Positions 38,607-48,141 of a stretch of 64,000 nucleotides of DNA are shown in pieces. The first letter of the stretch is position 1, and each line of letters opens with the position of its first letter. Made by a program: the position numbers and the translations under genes. The notes below the pieces were generated by a model, which made no database searches, was not told the DNA's origin, and was given only the letters and a program-made list of their open reading frames with translations. The DNA comes from Victivallales bacterium (GTDB lineage Bacteria; Verrucomicrobiota; Lentisphaeria; Victivallales; GWF2-38-69): positions 28,981-92,980 of the forward strand of contig JAIPJT010000001.1 of NCBI GenBank assembly GCA_021733985.1, given 5' to 3'.

Positions 38607-39338
38607 TTAGCAGTTCTTTTTTCGGATTTGAAAATCTATATTTACTTTAACATTGACATTTATTGTTCCGGGATTGACAGGGACGCTGTCTGCTGCATCT
38701 GCTTTTTCCATTGTAAACATTGCATTAGAATATCGTCTGGAAGGTACATAAAAGTTGCTGATACTTATATCAAGGATTTTTACTGTTTCCTGTCCGGTTG
38801 CCTTAAGCAGGGCATCGGCATCCTTTTCAGCGTTTTTAACAGCTGTTTCAATAGCCTCAGCCCTGTATTTATAGGGATTTGAAAGGCTGAATGTTATATT
38901 GCTTATGTTATTCGCCCCGGCCGCTACAGCTTTCTGGATAAGGTGTCCTATTGCATCCATTTTTTTTGATTTCACATTGAAACCATTGTCCACCTGATAT
39001 CCGACAATTTCTCTTTTCCAGTTACCGGGAGCGTTTTTAGGCCTTCTGGAAAAGACAGGCTTTACAGAAAAACCTGAAGTTTTATATTCCTTCTTATTTA
39101 TTCCTACTTCAGTTAAAACTTCTTTGACCTTCCCCATTTTTTCAGAATTAATTTCCATTCCATTTTCGGCTGATTTGTCAATTACTTTGACGCCAATACT
39201 CATTTCGAACTGATCAGCGGGAACCTCTACTTTGCCACTGCCCTGAACTGACATTCTGGAAATACAGTCTTTGTTTTGGACGGCAAAACAAGTAAGCGAT
39301 AAAAACAGTGCACCGGCAAGGATTATTAATTTTTTCAT
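38607..39338 (-). CDS. SIMPL/DUF541 periplasmic protein
   Basis: Signal peptide MKKLIILAGALFLSLTCFA. Family-like region IVGYQVDNGFNVKS...AAGANNISNITFSLSNPYKYRAEAIETAVKNAEKDA. Its stop is 1 nt from the DUF58 start. Confidence 0.8.
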   Translation of the reverse strand: MKKLIILAGALFLSLTCFAVQNKDCISRMSVQGSGKVEVPADQFEMSIGVKVIDKSAENGMEINSEKMGKVKEVLTEVGINKKEYKTSGFSVKPVFSRRPKNAPGNWKREIVGYQVDNGFNVKSKKMDAIGHLIQKAVAAGANNISNITFSLSNPYKYRAEAIETAVKNAEKDADALLKATGQETVKILDISISNFYVPSRRYSNAMFTMEKADAADSVPVNPGTINVNVKVNIDFQIRKKNC

Positions 39339-39536
39339 TTTAGTACTCCTTATAAATTATACGTTTGGTCTATAATACTTTAATACTATAGGCCTTAGAG
39401 ACAAACTTTGTTAATTAAAATATTCCTACCTGTTCCGTATTCTCACAATATTGTTTAAGAAAACACTTTAAACACGATAACTGTGTTAATTTTATAATAT
39501 AATATAAATATATCCAAACGAATTATTTTTATTTAT

Positions 39537-39587
39537 CCACGGTGAATAACCGTGGCGAGAAATGCTGTCCGGTTTTGAGCCGGGCAT
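39537..39587. repeat. Pair of GC-rich hairpins in an AT-rich intergenic region
   Basis: CCACGGtgaataaCCGTGG (39537-39555) and ATGCtgtCCGGttttgagCCGGGCAT (39562-39587). Neither strand has a U-tract after them. Confidence 0.7.
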
Positions 39588-39989
39588 CGTGAAAATTCTC
39601 TAAAACCGCATACACTTATATATAAGATAGATAAAAACTGGTACATATGCAAGCGTTTTCATTTATTCCTTAAAGTCAAATACCACCTGCAAAGCCGGAG
39701 ATATTCGACTTGCGGTTGGAAGTATATTGTACTATTATTATACTGGATAATAAAAAGGACTAATTTTCTGTGCCCGGCTATAATTAACTTTTTTTTTTAA
39801 ATTAATACATCATAATCGGATATTTACATTAACTTTATTATAGAGTACAGCCATGGGGGGAATAGGTTTGAATACGAATTTTAAAACCTTATTTACAAAG
39901 CAAGGTTTACAAGCTTCTGCAGTAAGTTTTATTACTTCTTTAATCGGAACAAGCGTCTTTTTAATAGGAACAAAAGTTTTGTATATCAT

Positions 39990-42900
39990 ATGAAAATTAT
40001 TACAAAATTAACGATAGCCTTTTTAAGCATGGCACTGTTAGTGCTTATTGTTGGTTATTTTAGTGCCAATGAATCTGAAAAGATGCTGCAGAAGGCTATC
40101 GAAGAAAAATCTGTAATACTGGCTCAGGAGACAATCAATAGGATTGACATATTTGTTTATGAGGAAATTCAACATTTGAAGTTTGTTTGTAAATCAAGCA
40201 GCTGGTTGCACGGTGCCATGTTATCTTCAAACAAGGAATTTTCGAAATTAGGCAATCCTCAGGAATACATCGAGCAAAAAGACCGGGAATGGAGAAATAT
40301 ACCAGAAGAAGAAATAACCCCTTTTATGCAGGATATACTCAATAATAAATTATCAAAATTATTTAATATTCAAAGCAATTTCCATAAGGATGAATATGGA
40401 CGTGAGAATATTGCAGAAATTTTTGCAACAAACAAATATGGTGCTAATATTGGACTAACAAGAAAAACTACTGATTACTACCAGGCGGATGAAAAATGGT
40501 GGCAAAAGGCCAAGGAAGACGGTTTTTATGTATCAGACGTTGGTTATGATGAGAGTTCAGGTGTCTACTCCATTGATATCTGCATAAGAGTAAACGACAA
40601 GAATGGGAATTTCATCGGGGTTATAAAAGACGTTTTTAATATTGAGAGAGTGACTGATATCCTCAAAGAATTAAAATCAGAAGAAAAACACATGCTCTGT
40701 GAAGACATTATGCAAATAGATTTACTTACCAAAGGTGGCAAAGTAATCTATTCAACAGGGAAATTTGAATTTTTGGAAGATATATCCGATAGGTTGCCCT
40801 CTTTTATTTTTCAGCATCAAGGGGGGAAGAGGCACTTCGATTATTTTGTTGCAGAAGGCGATATGCCCGGGGAAGGAGAAAAGTTATATGCTTATGCCCA
40901 TTCAAAAGGATATAAAGATTACAAGGGCTTAGGCTGGATTTTAATGGTAGAGCACGAGGCAAAGGAGGTTTTTGCACCTGTTGTCAAATTGAGCCACATC
41001 TTAATAATTATCTCACTTATGGCCGCAATGCTTGCGATTATTTTGGGTGTATTTATCGCTCGTTCTGTATCTGCCCCTTTAGTAAAACTGAATGAAGGGG
41101 TAAAGAAAATAGGAAGGGGTAAATTAGATACTAGGATAGAATGTAGTTCAAATACCCCCGAACTTAGAGATTTATCGATGAGCTTCAATAATATGGCTAA
41201 ACATTTAAAAGAATCCACTACTTCGATCGATAATCTTAATAAAGAAATCAACGAGCGCAAGCTAGCGGAGGAAAAACTGCGGGAAAAAGAAGAACACCTT
41301 AACTTAGCTATAAAGGGCGGTAACCTTGGCACCTGGGATTGGGATATTACAACAGATAAGGTTATATTTAATGAACTCTGGGCTCAAATGAAAGGATATA
41401 GTTTTGAGGAGATTGTGCCTCATTTGAGCACATGGGAGGATTTAGTCCACCCTGATGATTTGCCTGAAGCTTACAAAAAACTTCACGCTCATTTTAAAGG
41501 CAAAACTGATTTTTATGAAGCTGAATTTCGCATGAAACACAAATCCGGAAAATGGATTTGGATTCTTGATAGAGGCAGAGTTATTGAAAGAGATGAAGAC
41601 GGAAATCCTCTGCGCACATGCGGAACACACTTGGACATCACCGAACGCAAGCAGGCGGAAGAGACATTAAAAGAAAGTTTAGAATTTGAAGAGTTAGTTT
41701 CCTCCATATCATCAAGTTTTGTAGGTGTTTTTAATTGGGATGCTTCGATAAATAATGTTCTGAAAAACATTGGTAAATTTTGTTATGCAGAACGCTCTTA
41801 TATTTTTAAAATTAATACTGTAGCAGCAAATACAATGGATAATATCTATGAATGGTGCAGCAAAGGAGTTTCTCCACAAATAGATAATCTCAAAGATTTG
41901 CCTACTGATACATTTCCATGGTGGATGACGAAATTAAAAACGAATCAATCTATTTATATTGAAGATGTGACAAAGTTACCCAAAGAAGCAAGTGCCGAGA
42001 AGGAAATACTCAAAAGCCAGAATATTAACTCTGTTATTGTTTTACCATTGAATATTGATGGATATCTTTGGGGTTTTATTGGATTTGATAACGTAAATAC
42101 AAATAAGGGCCGAGGTAATAAGATAATGAAAGTTCTTCAGGTAGCTTCTGAGATTTTGGAAAATGCAATTCAGCGCAAACTGGCAGAGAAGGAACTGCAA
42201 GAAGCCTACACGATTATTAACAAAAGTCCTTCAGTTGCTTTTACATGGAAAAATTTAGAAGAATGGCCGGTTGAATTTGTTACTGAAAATGTCGAAAAGC
42301 TTTTTGGCTATACAGCTGAAGAATTTAAATCAGGGAAAGTACTTTATGCGCGATGTGTTCATCCAGATGATTTGGAGAGATTGGCTGAAGAAGTCAGTCA
42401 ATTCAGCAGCGAGAAAGGAAGGAGTGAGTTTGTTCATAAGCCTTATAGAATTGTTACAAAAATGGGCATGGAGAAGATTATTGATGACAAGACAGCTATT
42501 GTAAGAGATGGGGAAGGGAATATCACGCATTATCGGGGCATAATAACAGATATTACTGAAAAGAAAAAATATCAGGATAAAATACTCACTCTTAATAATC
42601 AGCTTAAAGAATTCGCATATAACGATCCTTTAACAAAGTGTTTCAATAGAAGAGCTTTCCTTGAAATATTAGAAAAGAATATAAATTACTATCACAGAAA
42701 CAGTAATAGTTTTGCTTTGCTTTTTATTGATATAGATAATTTTAAAATGATAAATGATAACTATGGTCATGATACAGGAGACGAAGTATTAAAAATTGCT
42801 TCTGAAAGAATTAACAATATTCTTAGGACAAGTGATATTGTTGCAAGATTTGGCGGAGATGAGTTTGTTGTTCTGCTACATGATGATAAATCCGAACAGG

Positions 42901-43907
42901 ATGCTTTTACCGTAGCTCAAAAAATCAAAACTTCATTAAATAAAACCTTTATTATTGATCGAAAGAACTTTCATATAAATCTTTGTATAGGGATATGCTT
43001 ATACCCCGATGATGGAACTACCGCAGATGAGTTGCTCAGGAATAGTGATACAGCAATGTATTTCGCAAAACAGCAGGGGAAAAACTGTTGCCGGATGTAT
43101 GATACAGAACAGGCCAAAAACATCAAATTTCTGAATGCTTTATCGGAAGCTCTGGAAAATGATGAATATAGGGTTTATTATCAGCCAATATTAAACTGCA
43201 AGGGAGAGGCGGTTTTTATTGAGGCGCTTATCAGATGGCATTCTTCAGAATTCGGCCTTGTTCCTCCTAATAAATTTATTCCTGTTTTGGAATGGAACAG
43301 GAGAATTATTAAAGTTGGAAAGTGGATTATAAAAACAACAACAAACCGAATAAAAGAATTAAACAAAGATAAAAGCTTAAAAAATCTTTGTGTTACAATT
43401 AATCTTTCCCCGGTCCAGCTGGAAGATGAAGAATTTTTTAAAGACTTTCATAATATATTAGAAAATTCAAAAGTTGATCCCACCAATGTAGCTGTAGAAA
43501 TAACTGAAGCTGAAGATGTGTTCGGATTAAGTTCCAGTATATCTGTTTTAAACAAAATTAGAAATGATAAAATAAAGATATTACTTGATGACTTTGGTGC
43601 GGGATATTCTTCCTTTAATGCACTCCTTAAATTTACTTTTGACATAATAAAAATTGATAAATTTCTGATTGATAAATTGTCAGATAAAGAAGGAGATAGG
43701 GAAAGTGAATTGGTTATTAAACTAATAGCCATGTTAAAAAATATGAATTTAAAAGTTCTTGCTGAGGGAGTGGAAACAGAAAAACAATTTAAAATACTTA
43801 AAAATGAAGGTTGTGATTACTTCCAGGGATATTACTTCTGCAAACCCACTGAAAAAATATACGAACTTTTAAAGAATAGCAACGGAAGATTTATATGTAG
43901 TAGATAG
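39990..43907 (+). CDS. Membrane sensor with Cache-like periplasmic domain, HAMP, PAS, GAF, PAS, GGDEF and EAL domains
   Basis: N-terminal TM helix, a ~300-aa periplasmic region, then a second TM helix and HAMP. PAS (GNLGTWDWDITTDKVIF). GAF-like region. GGDEF (RFGGDEFVV). EAL (EALIRW, DDFGAGYSS, EGVET). Confidence 0.9.
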   Translation: MKIITKLTIAFLSMALLVLIVGYFSANESEKMLQKAIEEKSVILAQETINRIDIFVYEEIQHLKFVCKSSSWLHGAMLSSNKEFSKLGNPQEYIEQKDREWRNIPEEEITPFMQDILNNKLSKLFNIQSNFHKDEYGRENIAEIFATNKYGANIGLTRKTTDYYQADEKWWQKAKEDGFYVSDVGYDESSGVYSIDICIRVNDKNGNFIGVIKDVFNIERVTDILKELKSEEKHMLCEDIMQIDLLTKGGKVIYSTGKFEFLEDISDRLPSFIFQHQGGKRHFDYFVAEGDMPGEGEKLYAYAHSKGYKDYKGLGWILMVEHEAKEVFAPVVKLSHILIIISLMAAMLAIILGVFIARSVSAPLVKLNEGVKKIGRGKLDTRIECSSNTPELRDLSMSFNNMAKHLKESTTSIDNLNKEINERKLAEEKLREKEEHLNLAIKGGNLGTWDWDITTDKVIFNELWAQMKGYSFEEIVPHLSTWEDLVHPDDLPEAYKKLHAHFKGKTDFYEAEFRMKHKSGKWIWILDRGRVIERDEDGNPLRTCGTHLDITERKQAEETLKESLEFEELVSSISSSFVGVFNWDASINNVLKNIGKFCYAERSYIFKINTVAANTMDNIYEWCSKGVSPQIDNLKDLPTDTFPWWMTKLKTNQSIYIEDVTKLPKEASAEKEILKSQNINSVIVLPLNIDGYLWGFIGFDNVNTNKGRGNKIMKVLQVASEILENAIQRKLAEKELQEAYTIINKSPSVAFTWKNLEEWPVEFVTENVEKLFGYTAEEFKSGKVLYARCVHPDDLERLAEEVSQFSSEKGRSEFVHKPYRIVTKMGMEKIIDDKTAIVRDGEGNITHYRGIITDITEKKKYQDKILTLNNQLKEFAYNDPLTKCFNRRAFLEILEKNINYYHRNSNSFALLFIDIDNFKMINDNYGHDTGDEVLKIASERINNILRTSDIVARFGGDEFVVLLHDDKSEQDAFTVAQKIKTSLNKTFIIDRKNFHINLCIGICLYPDDGTTADELLRNSDTAMYFAKQQGKNCCRMYDTEQAKNIKFLNALSEALENDEYRVYYQPILNCKGEAVFIEALIRWHSSEFGLVPPNKFIPVLEWNRRIIKVGKWIIKTTTNRIKELNKDKSLKNLCVTINLSPVQLEDEEFFKDFHNILENSKVDPTNVAVEITEAEDVFGLSSSISVLNKIRNDKIKILLDDFGAGYSSFNALLKFTFDIIKIDKFLIDKLSDKEGDRESELVIKLIAMLKNMNLKVLAEGVETEKQFKILKNEGCDYFQGYYFCKPTEKIYELLKNSNGRFICSR

Positions 43908-44230
43908 AATATCATTGGACAAATCCGAATTAACTCTGAAACTCCAACACCTGTTCATAGAATGTCTGATAATTATAAAGAATTATTAGATTTTTAAATT
44001 TCAGGTTTTTTCTTTACTTTGTTTATTTTTAAGGTATAATTATATTTTAGTCGAAAAGGTATCATACTCTGCAGCCTATTTTTTTTGGCTTTTCTGAAAT
44101 ATTTCAATGTTGTTTTTTGAATTTTTCAGAAAACTGAAAACGCAAATAGAATTAGTTGTCTATAAGAACCGGGACAGTAGTCTTTACTCAATATGAAATT
44201 AAACCTTAAAACAAAACAGGAAAATTTATA

Positions 44231-44803
44231 ATGAAAATTATCGGAATAAACGGCAGTCCGCGTTTAAACGGAAACAGTGCTTTCCTATTAGAAAAAATCA
44301 CCCAGGCATTTTCTTTAAAGGGCCATGAGACTGTCACTTATAATTTAAATTCAATGAATTACAGAGGCTGTCAGGGGTGCATGGCCTGTAAAACCGCCGG
44401 AAAAACCTGCTGCATACTTAACGACGACTTAAAAGACCTTCTCAAACATATAGAAACTTCAGATATTATCGCCCTAATCTCACCGGTATATTTCGGGGAT
44501 ATTACATCACAGGCCAAAGGTTTTATTGATCGCACTTACTCTTTTTTGAAATCCGATTTTTACACGGCAGAAGATAAGAGCAGGTTACGCAAAGGGAAGA
44601 AATTTATTCTCGGCCTTGTACAGGGAAGCCCCGTAGAATCTCAGTTCAATGATATATACCCAAGGTATAAATTCTTTTTAGACTGGCAGTTTGATAATAC
44701 ATATTTAATAAGAAAATGCGGATGTACTTCGAAAAAAACAGCATCAGAGGATTCTTCAATAATTAATAAAATTAAACAGACTATTGAATTAATAACCGGT
44801 TAA
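44231..44803 (+). CDS. NADPH-dependent FMN reductase / iron-sulfur flavoprotein-like
   Basis: MKIIGINGSPRLNGNS, Cys cluster CQGCMACK...CC, and SPVYFGDITSQAKGFIDR. Confidence 0.75.
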   Translation: MKIIGINGSPRLNGNSAFLLEKITQAFSLKGHETVTYNLNSMNYRGCQGCMACKTAGKTCCILNDDLKDLLKHIETSDIIALISPVYFGDITSQAKGFIDRTYSFLKSDFYTAEDKSRLRKGKKFILGLVQGSPVESQFNDIYPRYKFFLDWQFDNTYLIRKCGCTSKKTASEDSSIINKIKQTIELITG

Positions 44804-44822
44804 CTTGAAATAATTAATAATT

Positions 44823-45323
44823 ATGAAAACACTTTATATAGTTAGACATGCTAAATCAAGCTGGTCAAATCCAGGATTAGACGACATAGACAGGCCTTTA
44901 AATAAAAGAGGTCTCAAAGATGCCCCGAAGATGGCCAGGTTTTTTGCAGAACCAAAGCCAAAAGTAGATCTTATTATATCAAGCCCTGCAAGAAGAGCAC
45001 TTGAAACAGCTGAAAACTTTGCCTCCGAACTTAATTATAAAATAAACAGAATTCAAATTGAGGAAAGTGTTTATGATGCCTCCCCGAATACTCTCCTACA
45101 AGTTTTATTTGAGTGTGAAGATATATTTAAAAAAGTAATGCTTTTCGGACATAATCCGGGTCTGTTGGAATTTATAAATCAACTTTCCCCTTCGAAGATT
45201 GAAAAACTGCCTACTTGTACAATCTGCTGTCTGACGTTCAGTACAAAGAGATGGTACAAAATAGAAAAAGATAATTGTGAATTTAAATTCATTGCCACTC
45301 CAAAAAAAATTGAAAAAAAGTAA
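44823..45323 (+). CDS. sixA: SixA-like phosphohistidine phosphatase (histidine phosphatase superfamily)
   Basis: LYIVRHAKS (RHG-type motif), RPLNKRG, and GHNPG near the C-terminus. 166 aa. Confidence 0.7.
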   Translation: MKTLYIVRHAKSSWSNPGLDDIDRPLNKRGLKDAPKMARFFAEPKPKVDLIISSPARRALETAENFASELNYKINRIQIEESVYDASPNTLLQVLFECEDIFKKVMLFGHNPGLLEFINQLSPSKIEKLPTCTICCLTFSTKRWYKIEKDNCEFKFIATPKKIEKK

Positions 45324-45403
45324 ATAATAAACAGTGGAATTTTTTAAAAAAAATCGATGTGATTGGGAACAGAATTTTTAAAAACACGCAGTCAGTAGTT
45401 TTC

Positions 45404-47812
45404 CTATGTCAAAGTTTCAATTGTTTTAAGCAGGTTGCTCTGATCAAACTGACTTTTTACTATATACGCATTGGCACCAGCATCAACACCGCGTTCTTTA
45501 TCTTCATCTGATGATAATGATGTAACAAGTATGACCGGAATATCAGCAAGTTTGCTGTCCGCCTTGATTTTTCTTGTCAGTGCAAAACCGTCCATTCTGG
45601 GCATCTGTATATCAGATACAACCAGATCAATGTCTTTAGTTTTTAAAACAGTTACAGCAGCCACACCGTCTACTGCTGTTTCGACATTATAGCCGGCTGA
45701 TTCCAAAATATTTTTCAGCAGTATCCTTGAAGTAATAGAATCTTCTACTACGAGGAGGTTATTAGTTTTTCTGCCCTCTTTTTCTTCTCTCTTTTCTTCT
45801 TTTGTGTTAAAATCTTTTCCCGTAGTTATTCCGCTGGTATTGAGATTTTTAGCAGTAAAAAACAGGTCCTGTATATTAAGGATAGGCACAATTTCTCCAG
45901 AAGTTAAAATAGTAGCACCGGAAATGTTCTCGATTTTTCTGAGCTGACATCCGAGGTCTTTCACTAGGATCTCCTGTTCCTCCAAAATATTGTCAACTTT
46001 AATTGCCATAAACTTATTGTTCTTTTCTAAAATAACTGCAGTCAATATATTTTCATCTACTTCCTTTTTTTCATTGTTTTCATCTGCAGAAAGGTTGAAT
46101 GCAAATGCTAAATCGACAAGCGGATAAGTTTTGTCATTGTATACAAGCGTTTCTCTATTCTCTATTCTTTTTATGGACGGCTCTTTTATTCTGATAACTT
46201 TTTCGACATTTATACTTGGGACGGCAAATAACCGTTTATTAATTTCAAGGAGAACTCCCTTGAAAGTGGAAAGAGCAACAGGAAGAGAGAGTTTTACTGT
46301 TGTCCCTTTCTCTGATTCTGAAGTGACAGATATTTTTCCACCAAGTTTTTCGAGTCTTTCCTTTACAATAGTAAGACCGAGACCCTGTCCGGAAATATCA
46401 GTAATAATATTTTTTGTAGAAAACCCTGAAAAAAAGAGTCTGTCGATAAGTTCATCTTTAGTCATTTTAGCTGCGGAATCATCTTTAATTGCCCCCTCAT
46501 TAATAAGTTTGTTTTTAACTGCATATTCGTCGATACCCTTTCCGTCATCTTCTATTTCAATTTCTATCTTATTACTTTCAGACTGAAAAACTTGCAGTTT
46601 AATATTTCCTTTTTCTGTTTTCCCGGCAATCTTCCTTTCTTCGGGCATTTCAATTCCGTGATCAATACAGTTCCTTATCAAGTGAATAAGCGGGTCTTTC
46701 ATTTCCTGGAGAATTCTTCTATCTATCTGGTTATCTTCTCCGGTTATTTTAAAATTAACATCCTTTTTGAGTTCTTTTGATATATTTTTTACCATCCTTG
46801 GAAAGTATGAAAGTATATTTGAAAATGGCAGCATAGCTACCTCCTTAATATTGTATAAAAAACTGTCAATCATTTTTTCTGCATTTCTGAAGTTATCCTT
46901 TTCTATATTTCCCAGGTTTCTTATGGAATTTTCAATATCTTTTATTTTTATCTGGAGCTGCCCAAGAAAATCAGTAAGATATTTAATGGATGTTCTTTCT
47001 TCTGCTCTCTGGTTCATTCCCTCTGTCTTTAAAAACTGTTTAAGGAAAATCAAATCCGGCTGTGTTTTGTTGTAACTGTGCTTTATAAACTCAAACTGTG
47101 AAATTATTCTGTTGATCGACTCGCTGTTGTCCTTAAACATCTGTTTAATTCTTATTAAATTTTCAGATTTAAGCAGCAGGGAATCGAGCTTTGCCGACGT
47201 TATTCTGACGGTATCTCTTCCAGCAGAGGCTGTGTTCAGTTCATCTTTATTTTTTTCTTCAGTTTCGCTTGCAGAAGTTACTGTCTTTTTCCCTGTTTCT
47301 TTATTTTTATTTTGCTGTGGATTTTCCTGTTTTATCTCTGATACTTCGCATTTCTCTTCAGCTCCTTGAGGTTTTTCTTCAGTCTGCTTAGGTAAACTCT
47401 TTTTTATATTCTCTATACTGCTTTCGAAATATTTCTGAAGTTGTGAAATCTTTTGCTTGTCTTCAAGAGACTCAATGTTGTTTTCCTGCAGAATATCGTC
47501 AAGCTTGTTCATAGTTTCCTGAATAAGTTCAGAAATTTCCGGAGTGAACTCTTTTTTCTTTTCCTTTATATCAGTAAGTAAGGTTTCAAGTAACTGAAAA
47601 AAACTTTCGAAATGTGAAAGGTTTATCGATCTTGCTGCACCTTTCATGCTGTGCATATCGCGAAAAACAGTATCTGTAAGCTCTTGTGACTTCTTGCTGT
47701 TATCTTCTGTCTGTTCAATTTCAATAAGACAGTTTATAATGCTGTTAAGTCTTTCTTTAGCTTCCTGCATAAAGACTGTTTTAAGCTCTTTTCCTAAGGT
47801 TTTTTCATCCAT
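45404..47812 (-). CDS. cheA: Hybrid chemotaxis histidine kinase CheA with C-terminal receiver domain (WspE-like)
   Basis: HPt domain (DMHSMKGAARSINL). Low-complexity linker. HATPase domain (HLIRNCIDHGIE, DDGKGID, GQGLGL). CheW-like P5 domain. REC domain (LLVVEDS...VSDIQMPRMDG...K). Confidence 0.9.
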   Translation of the reverse strand: MDEKTLGKELKTVFMQEAKERLNSIINCLIEIEQTEDNSKKSQELTDTVFRDMHSMKGAARSINLSHFESFFQLLETLLTDIKEKKKEFTPEISELIQETMNKLDDILQENNIESLEDKQKISQLQKYFESSIENIKKSLPKQTEEKPQGAEEKCEVSEIKQENPQQNKNKETGKKTVTSASETEEKNKDELNTASAGRDTVRITSAKLDSLLLKSENLIRIKQMFKDNSESINRIISQFEFIKHSYNKTQPDLIFLKQFLKTEGMNQRAEERTSIKYLTDFLGQLQIKIKDIENSIRNLGNIEKDNFRNAEKMIDSFLYNIKEVAMLPFSNILSYFPRMVKNISKELKKDVNFKITGEDNQIDRRILQEMKDPLIHLIRNCIDHGIEMPEERKIAGKTEKGNIKLQVFQSESNKIEIEIEDDGKGIDEYAVKNKLINEGAIKDDSAAKMTKDELIDRLFFSGFSTKNIITDISGQGLGLTIVKERLEKLGGKISVTSESEKGTTVKLSLPVALSTFKGVLLEINKRLFAVPSINVEKVIRIKEPSIKRIENRETLVYNDKTYPLVDLAFAFNLSADENNEKKEVDENILTAVILEKNNKFMAIKVDNILEEQEILVKDLGCQLRKIENISGATILTSGEIVPILNIQDLFFTAKNLNTSGITTGKDFNTKEEKREEKEGRKTNNLLVVEDSITSRILLKNILESAGYNVETAVDGVAAVTVLKTKDIDLVVSDIQMPRMDGFALTRKIKADSKLADIPVILVTSLSSDEDKERGVDAGANAYIVKSQFDQSNLLKTIETLT

Positions 47813-47858
47813 AATCGAATCCTTGAAATGCTATTTAGTGTCGAATTATTTTGATTTA

Positions 47859-47871
47859 TGATTTTAGATAT
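47859..47871 (-). promoter_or_regulatory. Shared 13-mer ATATCTAAAATCA upstream of cheA (possible -10/operator)
   Basis: The exact 13-mer also occurs upstream of mcp2 at 52402-52414. Both are preceded by AATCAAA. It contains TAAAAT. Confidence 0.3.
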
Positions 47872-47948
47872 ATAATTTTTGATTGAAATTGTTTATCCGC
47901 GAATTTCAAAAAAGAACTAAATGTTTATAATTTATAGATCTATTAGCC

Positions 47949-48133
47949 AATGCTATTGAATTAAGAGGCTTACTTTCGGAATCATCAGCCGTCGTACAGA
48001 AGTTGCTGTACTATGGCCGACACAGAAGGATTGATTTCCTTCTCCACAAACTGCTGAACACATGGAGTAAACCAGTCCCCCTGGTTCCGTAAACAAAGCA
48101 ATATCAATAATTTTGCCTTAATTCAACGGTATT
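47949..48133 (-). repeat. Structured TIR-bounded (MITE-like) repeat, copy 1
   Basis: Terminal inverted repeats aatgctATTGAATTAAG (47949-47965) and CTTAATTCAAcggtatt (48117-48133). Internal hairpins GTACAGaagttgCTGTAC and AGAAGGAttgattTCCTTCT. Core 47975-48036 is identical to copy 2. Confidence 0.8.
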
Positions 48134-48141
48134 GATTACCA

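Noticed and set aside
39533-39662. Minus-strand small ORF with a good AAGGA RBS covering the GC-rich hairpins
   Set aside because: Careful translation gives MKTLAYVPVFIYLIYKCMRF and then a TAG after 20 codons. It does not span the hairpins and is too short to support as a gene.
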